DNA of 64,000 nucleotides from an uncultured Acidimicrobiia bacterium (GTDB lineage Bacteria > Actinomycetota > Acidimicrobiia > Acidimicrobiales > AC-14). Numbering within the stretch: the first letter of the stretch is position 1; each line of letters opens with the position of its first letter. The DNA lies in the NCBI GenBank assembly GCA_963836205.1, contig CAWIIV010000007.1, positions 224,001-288,000 of the forward strand, written 5' to 3'. The translations under genes and the position numbers were made by a program. Below, in pieces: positions 9,410 through 21,000 of the stretch. The notes below the pieces were generated by a model. The model was not told the DNA's origin. It saw nothing but the letters and a program-made list of their open reading frames with translations, and did no database searches.

Positions 9410-10830
9410 CGGGGCTCGCGGACGTCACCGGAGCGTTCGACGGCACGCAGGGCGAGGGTGCCGGCCATGAGGATGATGGCCGCCCCGATCCAGAGCGTCA
9501 GGCGCACGCCGGGCAGCTCCACCGTGAACCCGGCGATCCCCACCTGCTTGTCGACCAGCCGTCCCGAGAAGCGGTCGAGGATGCCGGCCAGGAGGGGCGC
9601 CAGGGCCAGCGAGATGAGCAGGCAGAGCCGGGACAGGGTGTAGAGGGCGGCGAAGATGCGTCCCCGCAGTTCGTCGGCGACGTTCTCCTGGAGGATGGTG
9701 AAGCCGAGGACGTACACCGCGCCCGCGAACACACCCATGCCCGCGGTGAACGTCAGGCACAGCCCCAGGCTCGACATCGACGACGCGGCCAGCATGCACC
9801 CCCCCGCCCCCAGCACGACCACCGGGAACACCCGCTGGTGAGGGAGCCGTTTCTGGACGAGCGACACCCCCACCACGCCGACGGCCAGCCCCATGCCGAG
9901 AGCGGTGAGCATGAGGGCGAAGCCGGCCGAGCCGGCATCGAGCACCTCCGACGAGAAGACGGGACCGAGCGGAGCCACCATCCCCCCGCCGATCAGGCCG
10001 GTGCCGAGGCCCACCATCACCGAGCGCACCACCGGGCTGGTGCCGATGAAACGCCATCCCTCCTTGATCTCGTTGAAGGCGTCGGTGAGGGGCGCCGGCG
10101 AGCGCCGGCGACGGGCCGTGGTCCGGGGGAGGGCGATGGTGGAGATGATGACGGCCGACGTCAGGAAAGTGACCACGTCGAGATAGATGGCCAGCGTCTC
10201 CTGGTTGAGCTCCAGGAAGTGGAGGGGCCCCTCGCTGCGGCCCAGCCACTCCGACACCTTGGTGAGCGACGCGAACAGGGCCGATCCCACCGGGAACGTC
10301 CCGTACGCCGCGGCCAGGGAGAACGAGTTGGCCGCCGGCAGCCTGTCGACCTTCACCAGGTTGGGGACCGACGCCTCCTTGGCCGGCGACCACAGCAGGG
10401 TGAACAGCTCCAGGACCAGGGAGACGAGGAACAGCCCCAGGACGCTCTCGACGAACGGCAGGGTGGCCAGGGTGAGGCCCCGACCGATGTCGCAGACCAC
10501 CATCACCGTCTTGCGGTTCCACCGGTCGACCAGCACCCCGCCCACCGACGCCAGGAAGAAGCCGGGGATCATCCGGGCGCTCATGACCAGGGCGATGGCC
10601 GTCTCCGGCGAGCTCCCGCCGACCCGGGCGGTGATCGACAGCACCGCCACCAGCCCGATCCAGTCCCCCAGGGACGAGACCACCTGGGCCACCCACAGGC
10701 GGAAGAACGAGGTCGACCCGAGGAGCGTCGGGCCCCGCTTGTCTCCGTCGTCGTCGGGCCCCTCGGCCGCGGGCACCTCGGCGGTGGCCGGCTCGTCACC
10801 CCCCGGGGGCTCTTCCGTGCGGCCGGCCAC
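9406..10830 (-). CDS. MFS transporter
   Basis: About 12 hydrophobic segments, motif A GVLVDRWNRK; lies upstream of tmk as in other actinobacteria, where it is often fused to Tmk. Confidence 0.9.
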   Translation of the reverse strand: MAGRTEEPPGGDEPATAEVPAAEGPDDDGDKRGPTLLGSTSFFRLWVAQVVSSLGDWIGLVAVLSITARVGGSSPETAIALVMSARMIPGFFLASVGGVLVDRWNRKTVMVVCDIGRGLTLATLPFVESVLGLFLVSLVLELFTLLWSPAKEASVPNLVKVDRLPAANSFSLAAAYGTFPVGSALFASLTKVSEWLGRSEGPLHFLELNQETLAIYLDVVTFLTSAVIISTIALPRTTARRRRSPAPLTDAFNEIKEGWRFIGTSPVVRSVMVGLGTGLIGGGMVAPLGPVFSSEVLDAGSAGFALMLTALGMGLAVGVVGVSLVQKRLPHQRVFPVVVLGAGGCMLAASSMSSLGLCLTFTAGMGVFAGAVYVLGFTILQENVADELRGRIFAALYTLSRLCLLISLALAPLLAGILDRFSGRLVDKQVGIAGFTVELPGVRLTLWIGAAIILMAGTLALRAVERSGDVREPR

Positions 10831-10925
10831 CGGGTCAGGCTACGGCGTCGGCCGGCGCCGGACCCTGACTGCCGGAGCCGGGATTCGCGAGCCGGAGGTC
10901 GATACCGTCGCGGTGCCCACGCCCG

Positions 10926-13586
10926 CTACGACTTGGGGCGGGCCGATCGGGCTCGGGCGGGAGCCTTCCTGGCCGTCGTGCGGGGCTTGGCCGGGCCCCG
11001 GTCGCGGCGGGCCTGGAGCAGCTCGGCCGCCCGCTCGAGGGTGACATCGGTGACCGAGTCACCCACCCGGAGCGAGGCGTTGGTGGTGCCGTCGGTGACG
11101 TAGGGCCCGAACCGCCCCTCGCGCACGGTGACCGCTCCGCCCGACACCGGGTCGGGGCCCAGCTCCCGGAGGGGCTCGGTGGCCGCCGCCCGCCCGCCCC
11201 GGGCCTTGGGCACCGCCAGCAGGGCGACCGCCTCGTCGAGGGTAACCGTGAACAGCCGGTCCTCGTCCTCCAGGCTCCGGCTGTCGGTGCCCTTCTTCAC
11301 GTACGGCCCGTAGCGGCCGTTCTGGGCACTGATCTCCTGGCCGTCGGTGGGGTCGTGGCCCAGCACCCGGGGGATGGTGAGCAGCCGGAGGGCGTCGTCG
11401 AGAGTGAGCGTCTCCAAGGACATGCGCTTGAACAGCGACGCGGTGCGGGGCTTGGTCTTGGCCGATGCCTTCGACGACTGGGCGTCGGCCTCGCCCAGCT
11501 GCACGTACGGGCCGTAGCGGCCCTCCCGGACGATCACCGGTTGGTCGGTGGCGGGGTCGGTGCCGAGGACCCGGTCGCCGCTGGGCTTGGCCAGCATCTC
11601 CTCGGCCTTGGCCACGGTGAGCTCGTCGGGGGCGATCCCTTCAGGCACCGGCGCCGTCTCCCCGTCGCGCGACAGGTAGGGCCCGTACTTGCCCACCCGC
11701 ACCGCGATCTCCCGGCCCTCGGCGTCCTTGCCGATGAGGATGGCGTTGACCTCGCGCGGATCGATCTCGTCGAGGTGGTCGTTGACCATGGCCTTGAGGC
11801 CGGTGGTCCCGTTCCCGAAGTAGAAGCGCGACAGCCACGGCACGCGCTTCTCGCCACCGTTGGCGATGCTGTCGAGGTCGTCCTCCATGCGGGCGGTGAA
11901 GGCGTAGTCGACCAGGTTGGCGAAGTGGCGCTCGAGCAGGGTGACGACCGCGAAGGCGGTCCACGACGGCACCAGGGCGCTGCCCTTCTTCCAGACGTAG
12001 CCCCGGTCCTGGATGGTGCCCAGGATGGACGCGTAGGTCGACGGGCGGCCGACGCCCATCTCCTCCAGCGCCTTCACCAGGGAGGCCTCGGTGTAGCGGG
12101 CGGGGGGCGACGTGGTGTGGTCCTTGGGATCGAGGGCGACCGCGTCGAGGGCGTCGCCCGGGGCCAGGGCCGGCAGCCGCACCTCCCGGTCCTCGAGATC
12201 GGCCTCGGGGTCGTCGGAGCCCTCCACGTAGGCCCGCAGGAACCCGGGGAACTCGATGGTCTTGCCGGCCGCGGCGAAGACCGCTTCCTCGTCGGCCGAT
12301 GAGGTCGCCCCCAGCCGCACCTGCATGCTCCGGCCCCGGGCGTCGGCCATCTGCGACGCCACCGTCCGCTTCCAGATGAGCTCGTAGAGGGCCCGCTCGT
12401 CGGCTCCCAGCTCCTTGGCCACCTGGTCGGGGGTGCGGAAGCTGTCGCCCGCGGGACGGATGGCCTCGTGCGCCTCCTGGGCGTTCTTGACCTTCTTCTC
12501 GTAGCGCCGGGGCTGGCCGGGGACGTAGTCGGGCCCGTACAGCTCGCCTGCCTGGCGGCGGGCGGCGGCCACCGCCGTCTCCGACAGCGACGTGCTGTCG
12601 GTGCGCATGTAGGTGATATAGCCGTTCTCGTACAGGCGCTGGGCCGTCGACATGGTGCGCTGGGCGGTGTAGCGCAGCTTGCGCCCCGCCTCCTGCTGGA
12701 GGGTGGAGGTCATGAACGGCGGGTACGGGCTGCGCCGGTAGGGCTTTTCGTCGACCGAGCGCACGGTGAAGGGGGCGTCGCGCAGGCGCTCGGCCAGGCC
12801 GGCGGCGCCCTCGTGGTCGAGGACGAGGACGTTGGCCGCGGCCGCGCCGAGCCGGCCGGTCTCGTCGAAGTCCTTGCCCGTGACCAGGCGGGTGCCGTCG
12901 ACGCTGACCAGGGTGGCGCCGAACCGGCCCGCGGTGGCCTCGGCCTTGGCGAAGGTCCCCTCGATGCCGGAGTACGACGCGCTGCGGAACCGCATCCGGG
13001 CCCGCTCCCGCTCCACCAGGATGCGGCAGGCCACACTCTGCACCCGTCCTGCGGAGAGCTTGGGCAGCACCTTGCGCCACAGGACGGGCGACACCTCGTA
13101 GCCGTAGAGCCGGTCGAGGATGCGGCGGGCCTCCTGGGCGTCGACCAGCTGCTCGTCGAGGTCGCGGGGATTCGCCAGGGCGGCCTGGATGGCGGGGGCG
13201 GTGATCTCGTGGAACACCATCCGCCGCACCGACACCCGTTTGGGGGGCGAGAGCACCTCCAGCAGGTGCCAGGCGATCGACTCCCCTTCGCGATCCTCGT
13301 CGGTGGCGAGATAGAGCTCGTCGGCGTCCTTGAGCAGGCGCTTCAGGTTGGTGACGATCTGCTTCTTGTTCTTGGCGACCACGTAGAGGGGCTCGAACTC
13401 GTGGTCGACGTCGACGCCGAGGCGGGCCCAGGGCTCCCCCTTGAGGGAGGCCGGCACCTCTTCGGCGCCTCGGGGAAGGTCGCGGATGTGCCCCACGGAC
13501 GACTCCACCACGTACCCGCTGCCCAGAAATCGGGCGATGGTTCGGGCCTTGGCGGGCGATTCGACGATGACGAGGGGTTTGGACAC
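10926..13586 (-). CDS. topA: DNA topoisomerase I
   Basis: IVESPAK, ATDEDREGE, SAGRVQS, catalytic ITYMRTDS, actinobacterial GRYGPY C-terminal repeats. Confidence 0.97.
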   Translation of the reverse strand: MSKPLVIVESPAKARTIARFLGSGYVVESSVGHIRDLPRGAEEVPASLKGEPWARLGVDVDHEFEPLYVVAKNKKQIVTNLKRLLKDADELYLATDEDREGESIAWHLLEVLSPPKRVSVRRMVFHEITAPAIQAALANPRDLDEQLVDAQEARRILDRLYGYEVSPVLWRKVLPKLSAGRVQSVACRILVERERARMRFRSASYSGIEGTFAKAEATAGRFGATLVSVDGTRLVTGKDFDETGRLGAAAANVLVLDHEGAAGLAERLRDAPFTVRSVDEKPYRRSPYPPFMTSTLQQEAGRKLRYTAQRTMSTAQRLYENGYITYMRTDSTSLSETAVAAARRQAGELYGPDYVPGQPRRYEKKVKNAQEAHEAIRPAGDSFRTPDQVAKELGADERALYELIWKRTVASQMADARGRSMQVRLGATSSADEEAVFAAAGKTIEFPGFLRAYVEGSDDPEADLEDREVRLPALAPGDALDAVALDPKDHTTSPPARYTEASLVKALEEMGVGRPSTYASILGTIQDRGYVWKKGSALVPSWTAFAVVTLLERHFANLVDYAFTARMEDDLDSIANGGEKRVPWLSRFYFGNGTTGLKAMVNDHLDEIDPREVNAILIGKDAEGREIAVRVGKYGPYLSRDGETAPVPEGIAPDELTVAKAEEMLAKPSGDRVLGTDPATDQPVIVREGRYGPYVQLGEADAQSSKASAKTKPRTASLFKRMSLETLTLDDALRLLTIPRVLGHDPTDGQEISAQNGRYGPYVKKGTDSRSLEDEDRLFTVTLDEAVALLAVPKARGGRAAATEPLRELGPDPVSGGAVTVREGRFGPYVTDGTTNASLRVGDSVTDVTLERAAELLQARRDRGPAKPRTTARKAPARARSARPKS

Positions 13587-13639
13587 GGGAGTGGACCTTT
13601 GGCGGCCGGATGGCCTTCTGTCAAGAGTACGGTCTGGAC

Positions 13640-14281
13640 GTGGACCCCAAGTCGCTGATCGAGGCGTTCGGCACGCTCGGTCTTTTCGTGATCGTGTTCG
13701 CCGAATCGGGGCTGCTGGCGGGCTTCTTCCTCCCCGGCGACTCGCTGCTGTTCACCGCCGGGCTGCTCGCCTCCAAGGGCCTGTTGAACCTTCCTATCAT
13801 CATGGTGGGCTGTTTCGTGGCCGCGGTGGTGGGCGACCAGGTGGGCTACGCCATCGGACGGCGCTACGGGCCGGCGGTGTTCAAGCGCCCCAACTCCCGG
13901 TTCTTCCACCAGAAGAACGTCGAACGGGCCCGGGTGTACTTCGAGGAACACGGGCCCAAGACGGTGGTGCTGGCCCGCTTCCTGCCGGTGATTCGCACGT
14001 TCACCCCGGTGGTGGCCGGGGTCGGCCAGATGGACTACCGCACGTTCGTCCGGTTCAACGTCATCGGCGGCTTCCTCTGGGCCTTCGGGGTCACCGGGCT
14101 CGGCTACGCCCTGGGCGACGTCATCCCCGACATCGACCGCTGGCTCCTGCCCATCATCGTGGTCATCGGCGCCATCTCGTTCGTCCCCGTGATCCTCGAG
14201 CTTCTTCGGATGCGCCGGGCGGGAGCGGAGGACGAGCCGACATCGGAGACCGAGACGGAGACGGAGCCGACCAAGTCGTAG
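13640..14281 (+). CDS. DedA/VTT family membrane protein
   Basis: FAESGLLAGFFLPGDSLLFTAG and ARFLPVIRTF; GTG start 6 nt after a TACGGT -10 hexamer. Confidence 0.93.
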   Translation: MDPKSLIEAFGTLGLFVIVFAESGLLAGFFLPGDSLLFTAGLLASKGLLNLPIIMVGCFVAAVVGDQVGYAIGRRYGPAVFKRPNSRFFHQKNVERARVYFEEHGPKTVVLARFLPVIRTFTPVVAGVGQMDYRTFVRFNVIGGFLWAFGVTGLGYALGDVIPDIDRWLLPIIVVIGAISFVPVILELLRMRRAGAEDEPTSETETETEPTKS

Positions 14282-14352
14282 TCGGCGGTTTGGGTGGCCG
14301 CGTGGACGCCGGACGCCCGACTCGGGAGGATTGGTGCGAAACCCGTGACTGG

Positions 14353-14772
14353 TCAGCGGGCGGGCCGGGTGACGATCCGCACTCCGGGGACGGATTGGGC
14401 GAGTCGCTCGATGTCATCGGGATCCGACGTGACGACCACACCGCCGTCGTGGAGGGCGCAGACGGCAACGATGTGGGCGTCGACCATGTCGCGGCTGTCG
14501 GCACCCGCGCCATGGAGCACGGCTCCGACCTGGCGGGCAAGGGCGAAGTCGGTGTCGACCACCGAGAACGGGGGTCGGACCCGGGAGAGGGCGACTTCCA
14601 CCCGCCGGGTCCGGGCCACCCCCCGGCACACCTCGGCGCACACGACCGCGGGGACGATCACCTCACGTCCTCGAAGCCACGCCTCGTGTAACAGTGCTCG
14701 CACCGGCTCGGGCGGCCGCGGGTCGCAGACCGCGTCGAGACCGCCCGCGTCGAGAACGACCGGCACGGTCAC
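14353..14772 (-). CDS. VapC-like PIN-domain toxin
   Basis: VVLDAGGL, VVCAEV, VDAHIVA, VVTSDPDD acidic PIN residues; GTGA overlap with the antitoxin stop. Confidence 0.88.
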   Translation of the reverse strand: MTVPVVLDAGGLDAVCDPRPPEPVRALLHEAWLRGREVIVPAVVCAEVCRGVARTRRVEVALSRVRPPFSVVDTDFALARQVGAVLHGAGADSRDMVDAHIVAVCALHDGGVVVTSDPDDIERLAQSVPGVRIVTRPAR

Positions 14773-15023
14773 GCCGCGCCTCGACCGATGCCGTCGACCT
14801 CGTCGAACGCGTCCTGGGCGTCGGCGATGGCGGCATCGGACACCGGGCCGAGCTCGAGGTCCCACTCGTCGAGCAACTGGCGCAGGGCGGCCCGCCGAGC
14901 CAACCGGTCGACGTGGGCGGTCAGCGCCTCGTTCACGACCGCTGAGAGGTTCTCGATCCCCAGGAGTTGGGCCTCTTCGACCAGACCCGTGTCCACCGTG
15001 ACTGTGATCTTACGCTTCGCCAT
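14769..15023 (-). CDS. Type II antitoxin (CcdA/VapB-like ribbon-helix-helix)
   Basis: MAKRKITVTVD...NLSAVVNEAL; acidic C-terminus; directly upstream of the PIN toxin. Confidence 0.85.
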   Translation of the reverse strand: MAKRKITVTVDTGLVEEAQLLGIENLSAVVNEALTAHVDRLARRAALRQLLDEWDLELGPVSDAAIADAQDAFDEVDGIGRGAA

Positions 15024-15085
15024 ACAACTATCCTACCAAGGGGTGTGGTTGGTGTCGCCGGGATCGGTGTCGCCGGGATGAGATG

Positions 15086-18000
15086 TCAGATCGAGATGAC
15101 TCCGAGGACGAGGAGCACGCCGAACGCGAGGATGGGGATGCCGAGGAGCTCCTCCCTCCACCGCAGCTCTCGTTCGGCGCCCTCCCGGCCGAGGAGCCCG
15201 AGCAGGGACAGGGCCAGGCCGGGCAGGGACAGGAGCACGAACGCGTCACGGATGGCGTCCTGCCCGCTCGACAGGTGGCCGAGGACGATTGCGGCGAAAA
15301 CGCCGCCGACAACGAGCATGAGCACCGTCTCGACGATGCCGCTAGGAAGGGCTCTGTAGAGGCGGGGCGAGTTCGGGAAGCGGTCGGCGAACAGTTCCAG
15401 GATCTTGGGCAGGACGAACAGCGTTCCGCCGAGATAGAGCTGCCAGCAGGGGCCCAGGAACGAGACGGCGACGAAGACGAAGATGCCCATGACCAACACG
15501 CTGGCCAGGGCTCGTTGTCCGGAACTCGGCTCCTGGAGATCGACGGGTTGCACCCGGTCGAGGCGCATCGGGAACCACCTGGCGGTGAAGGTCTCGATGA
15601 CTATCCGAATGCCCAGCGCCACCAGTACCGAGAGGGCGATGTCGTTGGCCCGGTCGCCGATCGGCAGATCCAGACCGGTCAGACCCGGCAGCCCCAGCAC
15701 GATGGTCTGCACCGCCCAGGCGCCCACCAGCGAGGCGATGACGACATCGGCGGTGCGGTCAAAGTGCTCCTGAGCCGTCCCAGGGGGCGGCCTACGCAGG
15801 GGCCGGGCGGTGCCGGCGATGAGTGGGGCCGCGAACCACAGAATGGCCACGCCGAGCAGGGCGCGGGAATCGTTGCTGGACGACACCCCTCCGGACGCCA
15901 GCACGCCGGTGACGAAGACGAGCACCCCCGTCAGCCCGGCCAGGGCATCGAAGACGCCGAGCACCGCCAGCGCCACCACCAACCCGAACGCGGGCGGCAA
16001 CGCTGCGCCGCCCACGTTGCTGACCGCCATCGCGCCGAGAACGGCTCCGAGGACGGGCCCCAGCACCCAGGCGGAGCCGAACATGGCCCGGATGTAGCTG
16101 GCGTCGTTGACGATGCGAGCCACGAGCGGCGACCGGGGCGAGACACGGGCCGGGACGTCACGGCTCAGGCGATCGAAGATGGGCGTCGCCGGCCAACGCC
16201 ACGTCCGCGACCGGTCGCCCCACTTGACGGCCACCGTCCCTGTCCCGACGTCGGTGAACTCCAACTCCGCGGCCGCCTCCCCGGTCTCCTCCTCGTCCTC
16301 CGAGCGCCGTCTCGCGCCGGCCGCAGCCAACACGGCCATCCCCATCGTCGCCACACCACCGCCCGAAAGTCCCGACGCCGACGGAGCCCCCGAGCCGCCC
16401 GAGCCCGAGCCAATGACGCCTGAGCCGGCCGAGCCCGAGCCACTGAAGCCTGAGACGTCCGAGCCGGAGCCACCCGAGCCCCAGCCACCCGAGCCACCCG
16501 AGCCCCAGCCGTTCCCGCCCGATCCGGAGCCGCCACCACCAGGCCCGCCACCACCAGGCCCGCCACCACCAGGCCCGCCACCACCAGGCCCGCCACCACC
16601 AGGCCCGCCACCACCAGGCCCGCCACCACCAGGCCCGCCACCACCAGGCCCGCCACCACCAGGCCCGCCACCACCAGGCCCGCCACCACCAGGCCCGCCA
16701 CCACCAGGCCCGCCACCACCAGGCCCGCCACCACCAGGCCCGCCACCACCAGGCCCGCCACCACCAGGCCCGCCACCACCAGGCCCGCCACCACCAGGCC
16801 CGCCACCACCAGGCCCGCCACCACCAGGCCCGCTACCACCAGGCCCGCTACCACCAGGCCCGCCACCGGCGTCAGAGTCGGGTCCGCCCAAGCCGCCGCC
16901 AGCCCCCGAGCCGTCACCAGGACTCGATCCGTCGCCCGCACCTGAGCCGCCACCAGCTCCCGAGCCGCCACCACCATGCCCGCCACCGGCAGTAGTGCCG
17001 GGCGCGCCCGAGCCGCCGCCAGCACCCGAGCCGTCGGCCGCACCCGAGTCGCCGCCAGCGCCCGAGCCGTCGGCAGCACCCGAGTCGCCGCCAGCGCCCG
17101 AGCTACCGCCAGCACCCGAGCCGCCAGCGACGCCAGCGCCGGGTCCGCCCGAATCTGCACCACCGGTCCGGTCACCGCCCAAGCCGCCACCCCCGGGCCC
17201 GCCACCAGGGCCAGAGCCTGGTCCGCCACCGGGGCCAGCACCGGGTCCGCCCGAGCCGCCGCCATCACCCGAGCCGCCAGCGCCGGGCCCGCCGGAGGTC
17301 GACGCGCCACCGGCCTCACTCTTGGCCCACCTCGTCGGACGCGGCTTGCGGACCCCGAGTAGGGACAGGAGGGCAAACGCCGATACCTCGAGAGCCACGA
17401 GTTCGTCGGCGTGGGCGGCTGGGTCGTAGGCCGCCAGCGCCTCCCGGCCCTCTGGTTGATTCTTTGGGTCGGCGTTCGATGGTTGGGTGTCGCTCTGGCC
17501 CGCGGGGTCCCGGCTCGGGCTCGGGGGACCCAGGGAGGATCGAGGCCGCGATGTAGTAGTCGCCGGGCTGATCGTCGTGGTCGGGCTGCTCGCCGACGGG
17601 AGCAACGACGTGGGTGCCGGAGCTGCTGCCGTAGCCACCAGCAGCCCGACGGTCGTCGTCGGCGCATCGATGGCCGATGTGGGCGCTGTTGTCGGGGTGG
17701 TCAAGGTGGTCGTCGGCGGGACCATCGTCGAGGTGGTCGGTGTCAGCACCGTGGTGGTCGTAGTTGCCGGGACGGTGCTCGACGTGGTGGTGGTCGGCCC
17801 GGTTGTCGACGTCGTCGTTTGCGGGACGGTGGTCGACGTGATGGTGGTCGTCGGCGGCTCGGTAGTCGTCGGCGGGACGGTGGTCGAGGTGGTGGTCGGC
17901 GGGACGGTCGTCGAGGTGGTGGTCGGCGGGACGGTCGTCGAGGTGGGGGACGTGGTGGTCGTCGTCGGCGGGACGGTCGTCGAGGTGCTCGTCGGCGGGA

Positions 18001-21000
18001 CGGTCGTTGAGGTGGTCGTCGGCGGGACGGTGGTCGAGGTGGTGGTCGGCGGGACGGTGGTCGAGGTGCTCGTCGGCGGGACGGTCGTTGAGGTGGTCGT
18101 CGGCGGGACGGTGGTCGAGGTGGTGGTCGGCGGGACGGTGGTCGAGGTGGTGGTCGGCGGGACGGTGGTCGAGGTGGTCGGTCGGCGGGACGGTCGTCGA
18201 GGTGCTCGTCGGCGGGACGGTCGTCGAGGTGCTCGTCGGCGGGACGGTCGTCGAGGTGGTGGACGTGGTGGTCGTCGTCGGCGGGACGGTCGTCGAGGTG
18301 CTCGTCGGCGGGACGGTCGTCGAGGTGCTCGTCGGCGGGACGGTCGTCGAGGTGCTCGTCGGCGGGACGGTCGTCGAGGTGCTCGTCGGCGGGACGGTCG
18401 TCGAGGTGCTCGTCGGCGGGACGGTGGACGTGGTGGTCGTCGGCGGGACGGTGGACGAGGTGGTCGTCTGCGGGACGGACGTCGAGGTCGTCGAGGTCGT
18501 CGAGGTCGTCGACGTGGTCGTGGTCGGCGGGACGGTGGTCGAGGTGGTCGTCGTGCTCGAGGTGGTCGTCGTCGGCGAGACGGATGTCGACGTGGTGGTC
18601 GTCGGCGGGACAGTGGTCGACGTGGTGGTCGTCGGCGGGACGGTCGTCGAGGTGGTGCTCGTCGAGGGACGGTCGTCGAGGTGGTCGACGTGGTGGTCGT
18701 CGGCGGGACGGTCGTCGAGGTGGTGGTCGTCGGCGGGACGGTCGTCGAGGTAGTCGTCGGCGGGACGGTCGTCGAGGTCGTCCAGGTGGTCGTCGTCGGC
18801 GGGACGGTCGTCGAGGTGGTCGAAGTGGTCGTGGTCGGCGGGACGGTGGTCGAGGTGGTGCTCGTCGGCGGGACGGTGGACGACGTGGTCGTCGGCGGGA
18901 CGGATGTCGAGGTCGTCGAGGTCGTCGACGTGGTCGTGGTCGGCGGGACGGTGGTCGACGTGGTGGTGGTCGGCGGGACGGTGGTCGAGGTGGTCGTGGT
19001 CGTCGTCGGCGGGACGGTCGTCGAGGTGGTGGTCGTCGGCGGGACGGTCGTCGAGGTGGTGGTCGGCGGGACAGTCGTCGGCGGGACGGTGGTCGACGTG
19101 GTGGTCGTCGGCGGGACGGTGGACGACGTGGTGGTCGTCGGCGGGACGGTGGACGACGTGGTGGTCGTCGGCGGGACGGTCGTCGAGATCGTCGAGGTGG
19201 TGGACGTGGTGGTCGTCGGCGGGACGGTCGTCGAGATCGTCGAGGTGGTGGACGTGGTGGTCGTCGGCGGGACGGTGGTCGAGGTGGTCGAGGTGGTCGT
19301 CGTCGGCGGGACGGTGGTCGAGGTGGTCGAGGTGGTCGTCGTCGGCGGGACGGTGGTCGAGGTGGTCGAGGTGGTCGTCGTCGGCGGGACGGTGGTCGAG
19401 GTGGTCGTCGTCGGCGGGACGGTGGTCGGCGGGAGGTGGTCGAGGTGGTCGTCGTCGGCGGGACGGTGGACGTGGTGGTCGTCGTCGGCGGGACGGTCGT
19501 CGAGGTGCTCGTCGGCGGGACGGTCGTCGAGGTGGTGGTGGCCGGCGGGACGGTCGTCGAGGTGGTGGTCGGCGGGACGGTGGTCGAGGTGGTCGTCGTC
19601 GGCGGGACGGTGGTCGACGTGGTCGACGTGGTGGTCGTCGGCGGGACGGTCGTCGAGGTGGTGGTCGTCGGCGGGACGGTCGTCGAGGTGGTCGAGGTGG
19701 TGGTCGTCGGCGGGACGGTCGTCGAGGTGGTCGAGGTGGTGGTCGTCGGCGGGACGGTCGTCGAGGTGGTGCTCGTCGGCGGGACGGTCGTCGAGGTCGT
19801 CGAGGTGGCCGTCGTCGGCGGGACGGTCGTCGAGGTGGTCGAAGTGGTCGTGATCGGCGGGACGGTGGTCGAGGTGGTGGACGTGGTGCTCGTCGGCGGG
19901 ACGGTCGTCGAGGTGGTCGTCGGCGGGACGGTCGTCGAGGTCGTCGAGGTGGTCGTCGTCGGCGGGACGGTCGTCGAGGTGGTCGAGTGGTCGTGGTCGG
20001 CGGGACGGTGGTCGAGGTGGTGCTCGTCGGCGGGACGGTCGTCGAGGTCGTCAGGTGGCCGTCGTCGGCGGGACGGTCGTCGAGGTGGTCGAAGTGGTCG
20101 TGATCGGCGGGACGGTGGTCGAGGTGGTGGACGTGGTGCTCGTCGGCGGGACGGTCGTCGAGGTGGTCGTCGGCGGGACGGTCGTCGAGGTCGTCGAGGT
20201 GGTCGTCGTCGGCGGGACGGTCGTCGAGGTGGTCGAAGTGGTCGTGGTCGGCGGGACGGTGGTCGAGGTGGTGCTCGTCGGCGGGACGGTGGACGACGTG
20301 GTCGTCGGCGGGACGGATGTCGAGGTCGTCGAGGTCGTCGACGTGGTCGTGGTCGGCGGGACGGTGGTCGACGTGGTGGTGGTCGGCGGGACGGTGGTCG
20401 AGGTGGTCGTGGTCGTCGTCGGCGGGACGGTCGTCGAGGTGGTGGTCGTCGGCGGGACAGTCGTCGAGGTCGTCGAGGTGGTGGTCGGCGGGACAGTCGT
20501 CGGCGGGACGGTGGTCGAGGTGGTCGTGGTCGTCGTCGGCGGGACGGTCGTCGAGGTGGTGGTCGTCGGCGGGACGGTCGTCGAGGTGGTGGTCGGCGGG
20601 ACAGTCGTCGGCGGGACGGTGGTCGACGTGGTGGTCGTCGGCGGGACGGTGGACGACGTGGTGGTCGGCGGGACGGTGGTCGAGGTGGTGGACGTGGTGG
20701 TCGTCGGCGGGACGGTGGTGGTTGGCGACGTGGTCGTGGTCGGCGGGACGGTCGTCGAGATCGTCGAGGTGGTGGACGTGGTGGTCGTCGGCGGGACGGT
20801 CGTCGAGATCGTCGAGGTGGTGGACGTGGTGGTCGTCGGCGGGACGGTCGTCGAGATCGTCGAGGTGGTGGACGTGGTGGTCGTCGGCGGGACGGTGGTC
20901 GAGATCGTCGAGGTGGTGGACGTGGTGGTCGTCGGCGGGACGGTGGTCGAGATCGTCGAGGTGGTGGACGTGGTGGTCGTCGGCGGGACGGTGGTCGAGG

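Noticed and set aside
16107-17429. Poly-proline (PPPGP)n extensin/collagen-like ORF on +
   Set aside because: Antisense of the Gly-rich segment of the minus-strand gene, which continues into a credible membrane domain.
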